From NCBI GenBank assembly GCA_010015585.1, contig ML975164.1: a stretch of 64,000 nt of DNA. One strand, written 5' to 3'. Below the pieces are notes generated by a model, which saw only the letters and a list, made by a program, of their open reading frames with translations, ran no database searches and was not told where the DNA came from. Each line of letters begins with the position of its first letter. The first letter of the stretch is position 1. The position numbers were made by a program, and so were the translations under genes. Source of the DNA: Eremomyces bilateralis CBS 781.70 (Eukaryota). Positions 50,185 to 63,105 of this stretch are shown in pieces.

Positions 50185-50197
50185 TCGGGTTTTCCGA
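50185..50197. promoter_or_regulatory. CGG-N5-CCG site in the divergent TF/LPMO promoter
   Basis: TCGGGTTTTCCGA; near-matches TGGAAATTCCGA (50353) and CGGGAATTCTG (49621); TATAAA at about 50421. Confidence 0.4.
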
Positions 50198-50584
50198 ACC
50201 ATCGCTTGAGAACGAGTAGTAATAATGCAATTGCCTTCGGTGTAGGCACATTATTTAGCAACATCGACTCTCTTTATGGGAGGCGAAAAGCTCAAGTTCT
50301 CCGCGCTTGGATGGACTCCTGGTGACGGGAGTCAATTCATCTAACTTCTATTTGGAAATTCCGAGTCTTTCTGTGTGTTTTCTTATTGCTTCATTTTGCG
50401 GATATGTTGTGATCGACTAATATAAATAGCATCGTATTGCTTACGTCTTGAGCTATGTCTTGCTTACTGCCTCCCTGGATCCCAAGTCACTCCATTTCGA
50501 GAGATCTAAGTTCTCCGAGAGATATTGATCTAAAGCGAAGACCGGACGACTAGCTTGGATTCATTGAGCTTCACTGTTTCCAAC

Positions 50585-51853
50585 ATGAAACCTCCCACTA
50601 TGAAGACTGCGAAGTTCTCAATGCTTTTTGCGGGCATTGCTCGTGCCCACTTTGCTCCCAAAGAGCTCATCATTGATGGAAACAAGTAAGTGGCATCTAG
50701 TATTGGGGTTTACTCGATTATAATCTTCCGACGCTCTCCCAGATATCCAGCACGCGATGCCAGGTTAGATGACTACGTTGGTGCTATGCGTATCGAGTGG
50801 TCTTATACCGACAATCAGAATTTTACCTGGATGGCATTGAACGACGTGGAATCTCAAGGAATCGCTTGCGGCAATAATCCCGAAGCTCCACCACTCAAAG
50901 CGGTTGCGCGAGCAGGTGCAGATATTACAATCCAATGGACTGAAATGGTCGAGCATCACTGGGGACCATCGATGACGGTAAGCAGATTTGGAATATTACC
51001 TCTAGAGGACAAGTCTGGACAACTAATATGAATGCTTTCAGTACCTTGGAGCGTGGAGTCCAGGCCAGAGTCCGCAGAGTGTCGACTTCTTCAAGATCAA
51101 TGACAAAGGCTACGATGCATCACAACGTGAGTGAAGCTTCTTCGGGTATGGACTCAGCAATGGAGCACTAACCTGTGGGATAGGTCTATGGGCAAATGAG
51201 TTGATTATCAACAACGGTTTCCGAGACCAGCTCAAACTTCCCAGCGATATCAAACCGGGATTGTACATTCTCCGGACGGAGCTCCTATCTCTCCATGGCA
51301 ATGGGCAGACGATGAATCCAGGCCTGAAAGGTTTGCCGCAGTTCTATACGCATTGCTTCAATGTTGAAATCACCGGAAATGGTAGTGTGATCCCTCCAGG
51401 AGTACGTTTCCCGGGTGGATATGCGAAGAATGATCCAGGAGTCACATTCGTGCTTGGGACAACGTCTCGGTACCCATCATACGTGAGTATCCCCCAAATA
51501 CCGCCTTAGAATGGACCGAACTCAAGATTCACTAGCCTGTACCCGGTCCACCTGTCTATGAAGGCGCATACGATCCGCCTGTCGGTCCGAAACCAGTCGT
51601 TACCCCTGAAGAGGTCGGTACTTTTCCACCGAACTTCGAACTACAGTATCAAGCGCTCCTCAAGCAAATCACTGCATTTTCAGATAAAGCGGTTGACTTC
51701 TTTAACGGGGGAGGGTTCTCTCTCACCTTCTTTTCTCGGCATGAGGCGGAAGGCAAAGAGCTGGTCAAGCAGCGGGCCGAATTGAGGCAAGAAGCGATCA
51801 AGCTGGGTCTCGCGGATCCGAACGAAGAGATGCAGAATTCGGAGATATTCTAA
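50585..51853 (+). CDS. AA9 (GH61) lytic polysaccharide monooxygenase with C-terminal extension; introns 50686-50742, 50978-51041, 51127-51183, 51483-51535
   Basis: Signal peptide ending ARA followed by His1 (HFAPK); IACG; second His in HWGPSMT/YL; FFKI; LPSDIKPGLYILRTELLSLH; PQFYTHC; FPGGY...DPG; YPVPGPPVY. Confidence 0.9.
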
Positions 51854-52039
51854 ATGGCAGAAGCGATTCGGCCGCTAAGTTTTGAAAAAGGGGTATTGGA
51901 GATCCCTGGAGATGTACAGTCATGTAGTTAGTGTATCAAACTGCCGCAATTATATGAAGGTTGTGAGATTTTCCGCTCCCTTAGTCCTTTTCTCTAAGTT
52001 GGAACAACTTCAACGCCTAATTTGTTCTTTCTCTCATAG

Positions 52040-53500
52040 GTCTCGGCGTAGAGGATATTGGTCGCCTTCCAGATTGTCTTTACACATCATATGAAGAAGC
52101 CTACGATGCTCTTAGGAGCCATGGGATGCAGCATGGCTACGGCTTCCTACTCAAACGGACCAAACCTCACCCTTCTGATGCGAAGACACGATATTGCTAC
52201 CACAGTCATCGATCTGGAAACTATCAGTCAAGAGCAAGGGTTCTAAGCACAAGCACACGCTGAATAGGGTGTGCTTTTAGGTTTGTTATATTCAAGAACA
52301 AAAGGAGGTTCTACACAAGCATCACAACCACCCCCCGATCACTTCACTCTAGTGCGCATAATGGCTACCGCAGGCATACATCAGCACAGAAAGGCATGAT
52401 TGAATCAATGACATATGCCGGAGTACAGCCGATGCAGATAATGGCTGCCATTCAAAAGAAGGATCCGGACACGCTTGTCTCTGCCACCGATATTCGCAGC
52501 GAGGGGAAGGCAATTAGAGAGAAACACTTGAATGCGAGGAGTCCGATTGAGACATTACTAAGTGACCTGTCTACGCCGGAATGGGTCTTCGCTATCAAGA
52601 AGGATGCGGATCATCATCCTTGTCCCGGCCTCTTTGAGAAGGTAAACGGTCTTCCATGTCATCATACGCTGCGAGATGTGATGAATTATGGATCAACGTT
52701 ACGACTAGATCACCTTTACGACGACCATTGGCGCTATCAGCATAAGAAAGGACGGTCAATAAGCCTCTCTCTAAGGCCATATCAATATATCCTGGAGCCG
52801 CTTCCTGCTCAAACAAGAGGTGTGCCGAGGAGGAACGAGGTATCAACTCGTCGAGATCCATCAGCCCTTGAACGACGTGTACCACCTTCTCTTCCTTAAT
52901 CCAAAGACCAAACACTTGCTGAGGTCTTACAACACATAAACACCTCTGTCGCCGTGCCAATTCCTACATCTGCTCTACCTGCGAATGCTATAACTACTTC
53001 TATATCTGTGCCAATCCCTGCACCTGCTCCTATATCTTCCCCTGTCTCTGTTACTGTGTCTGCCACTATGGCTCGATCCCCTCCACAGTCTGCCTAGAAA
53101 CCTCCGTCGTTGGAAGAGTTCTTTACTAACATCGAGCGTCGGCGGATTTAGCCTATTCTGCATGACTGCAGTGATTTTAGTAGAGTATAGTGACCAATTT
53201 TTTGGCAGAGACAGGGCAAGAAAAGGACCCCACAGAACTGATTAAAGCACGGAATATGCTCTCGCTACATGCGAGGTATATGCTTCCTGTACTCCAATAA
53301 TGGCATGGAATTATGACTTTGGAGATATGGAAGCGTCTACGCTGAAAGATTTGCACAAGTCAAGGCTCAAAATGCTCTTCTTGAGTCTTAGGATGTGCGC
53401 GGAGAGCGCCCTAAGCGCGCTGCAGCAGAGACTGCATCAAATGTTTGGAAAGGACTCGGTCTGCGCAAGAGACAGCTACGTCAGTAGAAGATAGGCTTCA
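52040..53500 (+). mobile_element. Degenerate Mutator/MULE transposase relic with internal deletion; ends approximate
   Basis: FAR1/WRKY-GCM1-like N-terminus YEEAYDALRSHGMQHGYGF...STSTR*IGCAF...HHNHPP with a stop and a frameshift; IETLLSDL...VFAIKKDAD joins directly to the C-terminal CPGLFEKVNGLPCHH; no DDE core. Confidence 0.75.
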
Positions 53501-54571
53501 TAATATGAGCAGCTATGAAGGTTCAAGGGCCGATTGCTAGAAGGCTTCCTGCAATAGTGAATAGTCCTTGGTAGTAACAATGAGGCCTCGCGAGGTCTTA
53601 AAAGGAGCTTCCGCAGATAATATCTTGAAAGGAGCTACAACAACTTTTTGAAGAATAAGAAGCCGTCTAATGAACATGATCTCGATACCCAGTTTATGTA
53701 ATTATACCATGCTAGTAAGAATTGGGTTAGCGTTGGGGACAAATCTCACCAGCCTACCACAAATTTACCATTGCAAATCTTATAAAATAGCTCCAGGAAC
53801 AGCCTGCTTTTGTAGGATTTCTGTTGAACTAACGGACGATAAGCTTCTCCGAACCAAACTCATCAAGATTTTGAGATAGCTCTAGAAAAGCAAGATTAGA
53901 ATATAGAGTAACCACGGTCTTAAAGGCGTTCCTAACACTGCCATGTTCTTTCTTCTTAGTACAAAGGTATGCCAGACTATTCTGGAAACACAAACTTCCG
54001 CCAGGCCTTTCCAACAATTTCTGCTCTTGAGGATCGTCAATCTATCTGCGCTCTTTTGGAATCTAACGGTGTTTTCCCACTGTGTCGCTGCATTAATCAT
54101 CTGATTGAGCGAAACCGCTATTTACAACTGTGAGCAAACGGTCTACCTATCCCTTCTGCCTCAGGCCGCAAGGCCATACCACACAGACTGGGCGAAGCCT
54201 TATCTCAGCTTGGGCTCAGGCGGTATCCAAGCCATGACCCTGGTTATGCTAAACCATAACCAGATTAGCCCCATGTTTAGCGTGAAATTCACTCAGCTGA
54301 CTGCAACTGTCTTGGGTACCGTCTGAGAAACTCGTGCAAAACCTCAATAGACGGGTGCATGGCGAGATGTAGTAGAAATGACGAGATGGCGAATAACATC
54401 ATACGGTAAAGTTGCGCGGGCTCCAAAAGTTGATGAAATATAGATAAGGGTTTGTTAAACCGTCCTATGGCTTTTAAATATCAATTTGCTAACTGTTTAA
54501 TCTATAACTAGAGTTTTAAAACTACTTGTCGTGTCGTTATACGTGAAAGCTCAATCTCCAGATCTGCCTCC

Positions 54572-55168
54572 ATGCGAGTGAAGCGACGGCAAGGTCGCTC
54601 TTATCAGCGTGAAACCTCCCTATACCAGAATCCAGCCTCTGTACAACCATTTCCTATCGAGAAAACAACTGAAGAACGGATATCCATAATTGCAACGACA
54701 CCAGAGAAAGAGTTATGCTCGGTACTGCAAGATCTAGTCAAGACATGTCTGATACGAAAGAACATCAAATACCAGCATGATCTTACATTCCATGGTTTGC
54801 AGCGACTCCTGGGTGGCCGGCTCCCACGTATCAACCGGGTTCGGACTCTTCAACAAATTGTTTTTCGGCATGGGGATACTATTGTCTCTGCTCAGACTGG
54901 TTTTGGGAAGAGCATCATCTTTTATGCTATCCCAATCTTTATCGGCAAAATTGCCATCCAGTTGATCCCTTCAAGCAAGCTTGGAGAGGAGCAGAAGAGG
55001 TCAGGCCTTGCCTTGTTACAGCGGAGACCAAGCGCACGAATCCGAACCTGTTAAAGGAGATTGCAGCTGGATTATACACCCATATCTTGATGAGTCCTGA
55101 GCAAGCAGTTAGCGACGAGTTTCATGATTTGCTGTCAAACCCTAGTGTCAAGGACGTAGACACGTAGT
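54572..55168 (+). pseudogene. RecQ-like SF2 helicase fragment
   Basis: Motif I DTIVSAQTGFGKS, motif Ia IQLIPSSKLGEEQ, then after a frameshift near 55000 EIAAGLYTHILMSPEQA; stops before the DEAH motif. Confidence 0.7.
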
Positions 55169-56295
55169 GATGTTGTCTCGAATACGTGCATTGTACTACG
55201 TGTGAAAGATAATATTAGTACAAAGGAGGAAGATCCATCAAGCGGAGTCTTCCTGATAACTTTTACAAAGCACGTAGACGTTGGTCATGTGATGTCATGT
55301 GATATCATAACCGGCCAATGTCTGAACCGTGACGGACTGTAGAGTGGTTGGATTGGCCCTAAAACTTGATGAAATGTAGAAGTCAACGTGTAGAATCAAT
55401 TTCTGATAACAGATTAGCGATAAACATTCAGTATCGAGTACGCTTAGCGATGGGAGTTCCCTCACCTATTTCATGATACGATCTTTCACGCATCCACATA
55501 AAGTCTGTAGGAGTCTCTCAGACGGCAGTCGTGCCTCCTGCCTTTATAGCATATGATTGGTCAATATTTAGTGGCGCATGCTAAAAAAGATGCTAGGCTT
55601 CAATGGGTATAGCGGAGCCTCATATTGGCCAGGGGGCACGATTGCCGGCTGAGTCCCAACTGAGATAAGCGAAGCCCAAGACTGTCACAAGAACTTGTAG
55701 TTACTTGGCGAGTGATTCACTTAAATGCCCATATGTCAGTAAATGTTCATTTAGGTGTAGTAATTGATTAAGATTTAATGATTAAGAATTCGAAGATAGG
55801 GCATTAGATTTGCATTGACTTTGCAGCTATAGCATTAGGAAGCACTCTGCGTATGGCTACAGGCAATCTAGGTTGTAGGGATCGGGGGACATTATAACAA
55901 GGTAGGACCTGTGCTCCGGTGGGGGATGAATTATGTACTGGGATCCTTTGTAGTAGTTAGGCTAAGTTAAGCTCTAATGGCACGGAACCGTTAGTTAAGT
56001 AGATTTTCTACTGATCTTGATTGAGATTTAAATATATCTAATTTATCTAGCTACAAGGAGCATCATGCTCTCGAGTCCCAAATATAATATAATCCCCGTA
56101 CGGAGCACAATTCAGTATTATTGGGCTATAAGACACTTTTTCATGTGAAAATAAGAATGCATCTTCTTCATGTGAGAATGAGAATAAATATGTTATAAGA
56201 TGGCTGGTACTCACTCTGACCTAGGGGGTAGACTTTTCTCTATTATGACTTAAGAGCCGTATCCTTAACTGATCGTTCATTGTTAAGTACTTGAT

Positions 56296-57580
56296 ATGCT
56301 GCTTCTTTCTTTTGTTCCTCTGGGACTTGCGTCCCTTTCTTTCGCGTTTCCAGTCACTGAAAAGGCTGACTTAAGCGTTCCTGGCGTGTATGTTACCGAT
56401 ACATACATAGACCATCTTGGAATTAAAAGGCAAAACAGTAAGGCCATCAGTTCGGAGCTCCACGATAGGCTCGTCTATTACTCTGAATGGGCTACGGCAG
56501 CATATTGTTCTCCGCAACAGGGCGAGACTGGGGGGAAAGTGTCCTGCCAAACTTCTAAGACATGTGGTCGTGTCGAGAAGTCTGACACAAAAATCTATAG
56601 CACGTGGCTCAAGTAAGTGGTCGCCCCAGTGAGTCTTAAAACTCTAACGTGCTGGTTTAGCATTGGCAACAATTCAGCCACCGGCTTTGTCGCCGCCGAC
56701 CATACCACGAAGAACATTATCATCTCTATGCGCGGATCCGTAGCCTTGGCCAATTGGGTAGCCGACCTTAAATTTTTCCAAACGGAGTGTGTTGACGGAT
56801 CAGTCGTCATAGGACCGGGCTTTTGCAATATTGGATTCTTGGGGTTCTGGCAGCAATCTAGGGAAGCCGCAGAGGAAGGTCTTGCGCAGGGATTGCAGGA
56901 AAACCCAAGTTATAATATCGTCATCACCGGCCATAGTCTGGGAGCAGCGGCTGCCGTGTATGGAGCCAGTTATCTCCGCCAGAATGCCCAGTATAAGGAC
57001 AAGATAGTGGAGTCGGTATGATATCCCCCCCTTTCCCCTCTATAAGACCTTAAACTGACACCATATGTCTTAGTTTTCGTACGGGCAGCCTCGAGCTGGA
57101 GATGAAGCATTTTCAAAATTTGTCACTGCACAAGGGAATAATTATCGCGTCACCCACACTAGCGATGCCGTCCCAAAGCTGCCTCCAGAGAGTGGAATTC
57201 AGGGCACGCTTGGCTTTGAAACATACAGCCACATTGCTCCCGAGTACTACATTTCGGACGGCTTGGGCATGAACATCAACAATATTCACGTCATCGACAG
57301 CGGATCTAGCAACGAGGGTAACGCTGGTACAGGCCAGTTGAAGTTCAATATTGTTGCACACATCCAGTACTTCCAGAACAACATGTACTACTGCGTTTTA
57401 CCCCTACCTGATCTAAGCAGTATAGGTATAGGTTATCCAGATGGGACGAAGAGGAGCATCGATACCCTCGATGCTAACAGGACCATCACAGATATCGATG
57501 ATACTGTCAATAGGATCCTCGATGAGAGATTTGGACCGGACATATGGGGAACATCTTCTTTCGAGCCTTTTTTGCAGTAG
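56296..57580 (+). CDS. Secreted class-3 lipase (triacylglycerol lipase/FaeA-like); introns 56613-56660 and 57016-57073
   Basis: Signal peptide; WATAAYC; TGFVAADH...IIISMRGS...NWVADL; ITGHSLGAA; FSYGQPRAGD; YRVTHTSDAVPKLPP; YSHIAPEYYI; AHIQYF. Confidence 0.92.
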
Positions 57581-58846
57581 TATCACCTACTGTGACAGTC
57601 TTGGGCTTTGCCCAGTCTGTGTGTTGTGACCTCGCGGCCTACCATAAGGCAGAAGGGAAAGATGTAAAATAGCAGATCGCAGTGAGAGAGGTCTTTTTCT
57701 TTTCTCTTTAGCAAATCCACAGCATTTCAGCTATATTAAATCCTTAGTGGTTTGAGCCTTCACGATTTGATTTTGCTCATTTCTTCCGAAGAAAGCTTGC
57801 TTATACTGATATCCAAAATGGCTTGAACGGATGGATGTACGTCGAAACTAGCAGTTGAGCGAATAATTTCCATCATTACTAGCGCAGGGGGAAAATCTCA
57901 CGGGGGGGAGGGAAATCTCAAAAACGGGGGGGAAAGTGTCGCAAGATGCCCCTGTTGGTTTCTACTGCCCTAACTTTCCTTTCACTGCCCATTACCCCTA
58001 GGCTAGGCCTATTTCGGACAGCTTAGTGTTTTCCCTTGTATTTAGTTATCTTCAACTGTTTTGCTAGCTAGATCTCCTTTTTGGAGAGACAATGGGAATC
58101 GTCAAGGCCAACTTGCGTTGTGACTCTACAGCAACTGAGCTAAAGAAGCAAACGTGCTTAATCATCACCCACGCGTGATGCGACAGAAAGTCTCACCAGC
58201 CTTATGAAACCGTGTCTGATACCAAACTGTCTGTCGATGCATTTGATTGGATGTTGAAATACGGAATACGAGGTAAGTGGCTGGTCTGGAAACGGGATAC
58301 CTTAGGCATCTTGTCGCACGTGATGTGCTAAAATGGTTCGGAGTGAGGTGCTGTTGTTACAGCAGCGAAGTTGTTTGTATTGTGTGTTGTGTGTAAGTTG
58401 TGTGTTCTAGCTGAATGCCTGGTCCCCCGGACCTACAGATATACGAGAGTCACGGCAAGATTATTAATGCAGTTTGTAGCCTTGGACTCCTAGAACTCAT
58501 GCCTTGGCCTGCGACACATCTCTATCCTGAATGAAGCCGTTCATTGCCCAGACCTTGATAAATATACATCATTATTGGTTCCGCATGGTCTCATCATCTG
58601 CTCGTTGTTGAGTCTTTGGTTTCAAACTTTTTTGGATTTCCTGCCGTCCTTGATTATTATACCTGCTGCTCTCTTCCCTAAGCCTTTGATCCGTTCGCCA
58701 ATTGCCCAGAATAGCAAATTGCTATTACATCGTACACATCTACATTCAACAGCAGTAGTTATTCCCATCCCAATTAGATAATAATCATCTCTCCAGCTCA
58801 TCTATCCATAAAAATCCATACTATCAAACCCACCCCCCCTCTCCCA

Positions 58847-59938
58847 ATGCACGTCCTCTGGTCCCTCATCCAACCCACCCTCTCCGCCCTCTCCCCCTCC
58901 CCCCTTCCCTTCTCCCTCCGCTGGCGCCTCCTCATCTTTCAACCTCTCACCGCCCTCATCTTCACCTTCAAAGCCCTCCCCTGGATCCTTACCCCCAACT
59001 CCTACTCCGTCCACCACCTCCCCACCCGCGCCAAACACTCCCTCCGCACCCTCGCTTTCCAGCCCCCATCCCGCCCCACCCCTGACTCCCGCCTTCGCCC
59101 CCTCGTCCTCCTCATCCACGGCGGCGGCTTCGTGGGCGGCCTCCCCGACATGCTCGCGGAGTTCGCGCAGACGATCGCAAGAAGGACCGGCGCTGTCGTT
59201 GTCGCGCCGACGTATCGCCTTGCGCCGCGGTGGAGGTTCCCCGCGGCGATTGACGATGTGGATGATGCGGTGAACTGGGTGGTGGAGAATGCAGAGAAGG
59301 AGTGGGGCGCGGATAGGAGGTGCATCACCGTGTGTGGGTTGTCGGCGGGAGGGAATTTGGCGTTCGCGACGAGTTTGGGGAGGAGGGAGGTGAAGGGGTT
59401 GGTGACGTTTTATGCGCCGGTAAGTCTGATTTTGCTTAATAGCTCCGTATCATGTTTGGTTGATGATTGGGTATAGGTAGATTTGCGGTTACATCCTAGG
59501 GCGAAGCCTCGCCCGGACAACTTTCCCAAAAGCGACCCCCTGGGCTTCTTGCAAGAGTTATATGATACGTATGCGTCTGATGCAAAAAAAGAGTGCCCCG
59601 AGGACCCGAGATGCAACCCGATTTTCGCGCCCCTGGACGACCTTCCGAGGAATATCTTGCTGCAAATACCGAAGATCGACATCCTTCTGCATGAGCAAAC
59701 CGTCTTCGTGGAGCGCTTACGCAACGAGGCCCGGGGGAGAGGCGAGCTTTTAGAGGATGGAGAGGAGGATTTGGAGGGGAATAAGAGAAGGATCATGGCG
59801 AATTTCTATGAGAAAGGGTTTCATGGGTGGGTGGAGTTGTCAAAGACGATGGTGGATCAGGAGAGTTGGACGATGGCCACGGAGAGTTCGTTCGACTTCA
59901 TTAATGAAGTCAATGGAGCGAATGGTTATGCTTTTTGA
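58847..59938 (+). CDS. Hormone-sensitive-lipase family esterase (Abhydrolase_3); intron 59420-59476; start uncertain
   Basis: IHGGGF oxyanion motif, YRLAPRWRFPAAIDD, GLSAGGNLA, DILLHE, GFHGW. Confidence 0.88.
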
Positions 59939-60513
59939 AGTGACAGGTTTGTCTTGGATGGCGATCGGAGTTCTCTGCTTTTCTGAACTGTGATCCTACC
60001 TCTTTCCTTATTGGCGATACGAACATAACCCCCTGTTTATAAGATAACCCCTCAGCTTTGAATGCTACTCTTCTCACACCACTCTTTACTTCACATTCAT
60101 GCTCATCCCAGAGCTTCGATTATTCGAATCGATAGAGTCTTGAGTTGGATTGCTAGGCACTGTGTCCCCCCTCCTTCGACTGAAGCGCTAATATGAAACT
60201 GATGCTGAGAGCCTACCAAAAGACTGCCGACCACAAGCTAAGCTTAGCTGCGATGCTTGAACGAGTTTCTCCTTAAACGTCGCCTAGATATCTTGCATGG
60301 GCAGTGACGGCCGCAGGATGAGTGATCTCACTGATATCCGGCTTGCATTCCCGACCCTTCGAGAAGGATGGATGGAATAATCAGTGCCAGCGGCGGAGCG
60401 GCAACATGTTCGACATTGCTTGACGCCGAACTTCTGCGGTCCGATGGTTAGATCAACCAGCCACTCAATTCCATGTTACTTGACAGAGCGTAGCCGGCAG
60501 ACAGTGTAGAGAC

Positions 60514-61917
60514 TCATGTTCCCGTAGCAGATATAGTGGCACACCGATTTCCATCCTGCGGGCCCGTTCTCCATACGCATAGGAGCTTATCATAAAAGCT
60601 GGTGGAAACGAACTCCGCTCCTCCTTCTTCTTTCCAAAGATGGCCGTCGGCGCTCGGAATAGCTGCACTGGCATAGTTCATGCTCTTATGCTCCTCGAAC
60701 CGTGCAAGGACATCGATGCTCCATATGTCATTTTCGAGTTTAATCTCAACGACACGGACACCGGCGTACATGCAGCTGACCAGAACCACCCACGAAACAC
60801 GGTCATTCGAGGCGTCCATTGGGCGGTGTTGCGTGCGTGAAAGCTCTTGAAGCCTCCAGACTCCTCCTCCGAGGTCCAGTTCCGTGAGAACGGTGGGTCG
60901 GCCCACTGACGGCACGGAAACCGCTCGGATGTGATCATCGTAGCTCCCTGTTAACATGATGGATTTCGACAAGGGATAAATCACCGTGACTCCTGCTTGA
61001 TGGATCCGTCTGTCCACTCGTTGTACCGGTGCGCCTACGCTGAATTTGTCTCCGTCGGAATGTGCGGCAAGGAAACCACTGCAGTCACTGACCCGAAACG
61101 TCGCATCATCTCCTCCTGATAGAACTGATATTCCGTCTATGGACGGCACGACGTACCATGCTTCGAGATCATGGTTACATATCGTCATGAGCTTCTCGGT
61201 GTCGCGATAGTCTACACTACGCGGTTCACTTTCCGGGCTGATCGCTGGACTTGAGAGATCGAGCACGCAAAGGATTATTTCTCCAGTCGACAATGCTGCA
61301 CAGATGATGTTCGGATCTGTGTGGAATTGGAATGCGGTCACCAAGATGGTTGGTGGCGCAACTTGATGGAAGGTCTGTTCTTGAAAACGGGTTTCGGTTG
61401 ATGATTTGGTGGTTTGACGTAGCTTATACGAGACGAGACTACCGGTTGATAGAGCGGCGACGAGGATGGGGTCTGACCCTTCAACACGATTCGACGACTC
61501 TTGGAAATGGAGGTCAAGAACGCTGGAGGTATTGAAGGCCACTCTTTCTAGATACTGTCTATTCGTAATAGTCAGTGTAAATGCCCAAGGATAGCAAGTG
61601 ATATGAACCAAAAATTGGACTCCAAGAGACAATATTTCATTTCATGGATGGGTAGGGATATTCAATGCAGTTCATGACTTATAAAACATTACATACATAT
61701 CGCCCTCAGACCCAATAATCTTCATGATATCTATGGCGCCCGATCGAACTTGCGCCTTTCCATGCTCTTCATTGTCTTCATCTTGCTTGTCGAGATGATA
61801 ATATCCCACCACAAAATGGGTGGTATCCCAAAACTCCAAACAACATGGTTCGTAATCCAGAGTCACTCGGTTCAGTGTCTGAACTGAATACCTTACTGAT
61901 GGCTCGGATTCTTCCAT
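60514..61917 (-). CDS. DPH7: Diphthine methyl ester hydrolase (WD40; DPH7/RRT2/WDR85); intron 61696-61559
   Basis: EPCCLEF...VVGYYHL, HDLEAW, LSGGDD, HQAGVT, TGSYDDHIR, LGGGVWRL, SCMYAG, FEEHKSMNYA, STSFYDKLLCVW. Confidence 0.88.
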
Positions 61918-63105
61918 TGCGGCGTGCAAATAGAGGGAAATGTTGGTCGTTAATCGTAGCAGAATCCAGCCAAAGACGTAGCCAGAGTTGAGCTTCGGTG
62001 GGGACACCAACTAAAGGATTGGGTACATATGAGCAGGTCAGAAGCTACAGGTACTTATGCCCATTCGTCCTGGCGATGGTTCATAATATTCATGAAGTAT
62101 GAAGATGAAGAGTTCAAGATGGAAGTACCATGCTGTAGCGTAGCAAAAGCAGTCTAACCCGTAATGGCAAAGCACACGTCATTCATACTTGAATTGGATT
62201 TTGATATTACAATATTCGATGGTGTGGTTTAATTAGCGCGTTTATTCCCTTACGACTTTTCCATCTTTGTTCTTTCCTCTAATCCGTAAACTCTCCCCAT
62301 CTAATTACATATTTTCGAAAGAATTGCGAAATCTCCTCTCCGTCCACGTTCCCGCCCTTCGCCTCCTTCACCCTCCTCGCCTTTCCTTGTGCCTTTTCCC
62401 AACGGGCTCCTGTCACCGAATCGCTCCCCCTACTCGCTCGCGCATGACTGACACGACTCCTCTCCCACCTGCGACTAGCCTCTGCCGCAACAGAAGGGAC
62501 AGAAGGGCCGGCCGCGGTGACCTCGAGGCATTTGAAGACCGGAAGAACGTGTCGATAAGCATCGTGTGCCAAAACCAAGCCGGCTTGGAGAGTAATCGGG
62601 ATAATTATAGAGGGTGAGGTGAGCAGGGCGGCAGAGGTACCGGCCGTAACCAGTCTAAAAACTCCACAATCAAGGGTTCCTAGTTCGACGAAGGATGGAG
62701 GATAATATTTCTATTTCTATTTTCGCGCTTATTATAAATAGAGTCAACCAGAGTCTTATAAGACATTGCTTCAAATTTAGAGGGCGTACAGCGCCCGTTG
62801 GCCGCCGGAATGGAAAGGTAGTTGATGCTCGCTTTCGACACGGTGTTGTCGAATGGTCTTGGCGTTAGCTCCGCCCTACCTTTGCAGCCGACAGCTGCTC
62901 TCTAGCAGTGGACAGCAGCAAGGCAGGAGTGTTGATTGGCGAGCTTTGCAAATGGATTCGCTACTTGAGGATGAACCTCATCTGGGTACTTCGTACAGAC
63001 ATGAACTCACTCCCAGGCGTTCGCATGCCCACGTACAGAGCAACATGCGCCAGAAGAGAGCAACAACCGGCAGCTAACAAAACTTAACCTCGCGACTCCA
63101 AGCTC

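Noticed and set aside
57885..57940. G-run repeat (GGGGG-AAATCTCA x2) as a TE terminus or G-quadruplex
   Set aside because: No partner inverted repeat seen in the window; too short to support a call.
62279..62617. Short ORFs upstream of the NLR as its amyloid effector partner
   Set aside because: No HeLo, SesB or PNP-UDP features and no C-terminal amyloid-like motif.
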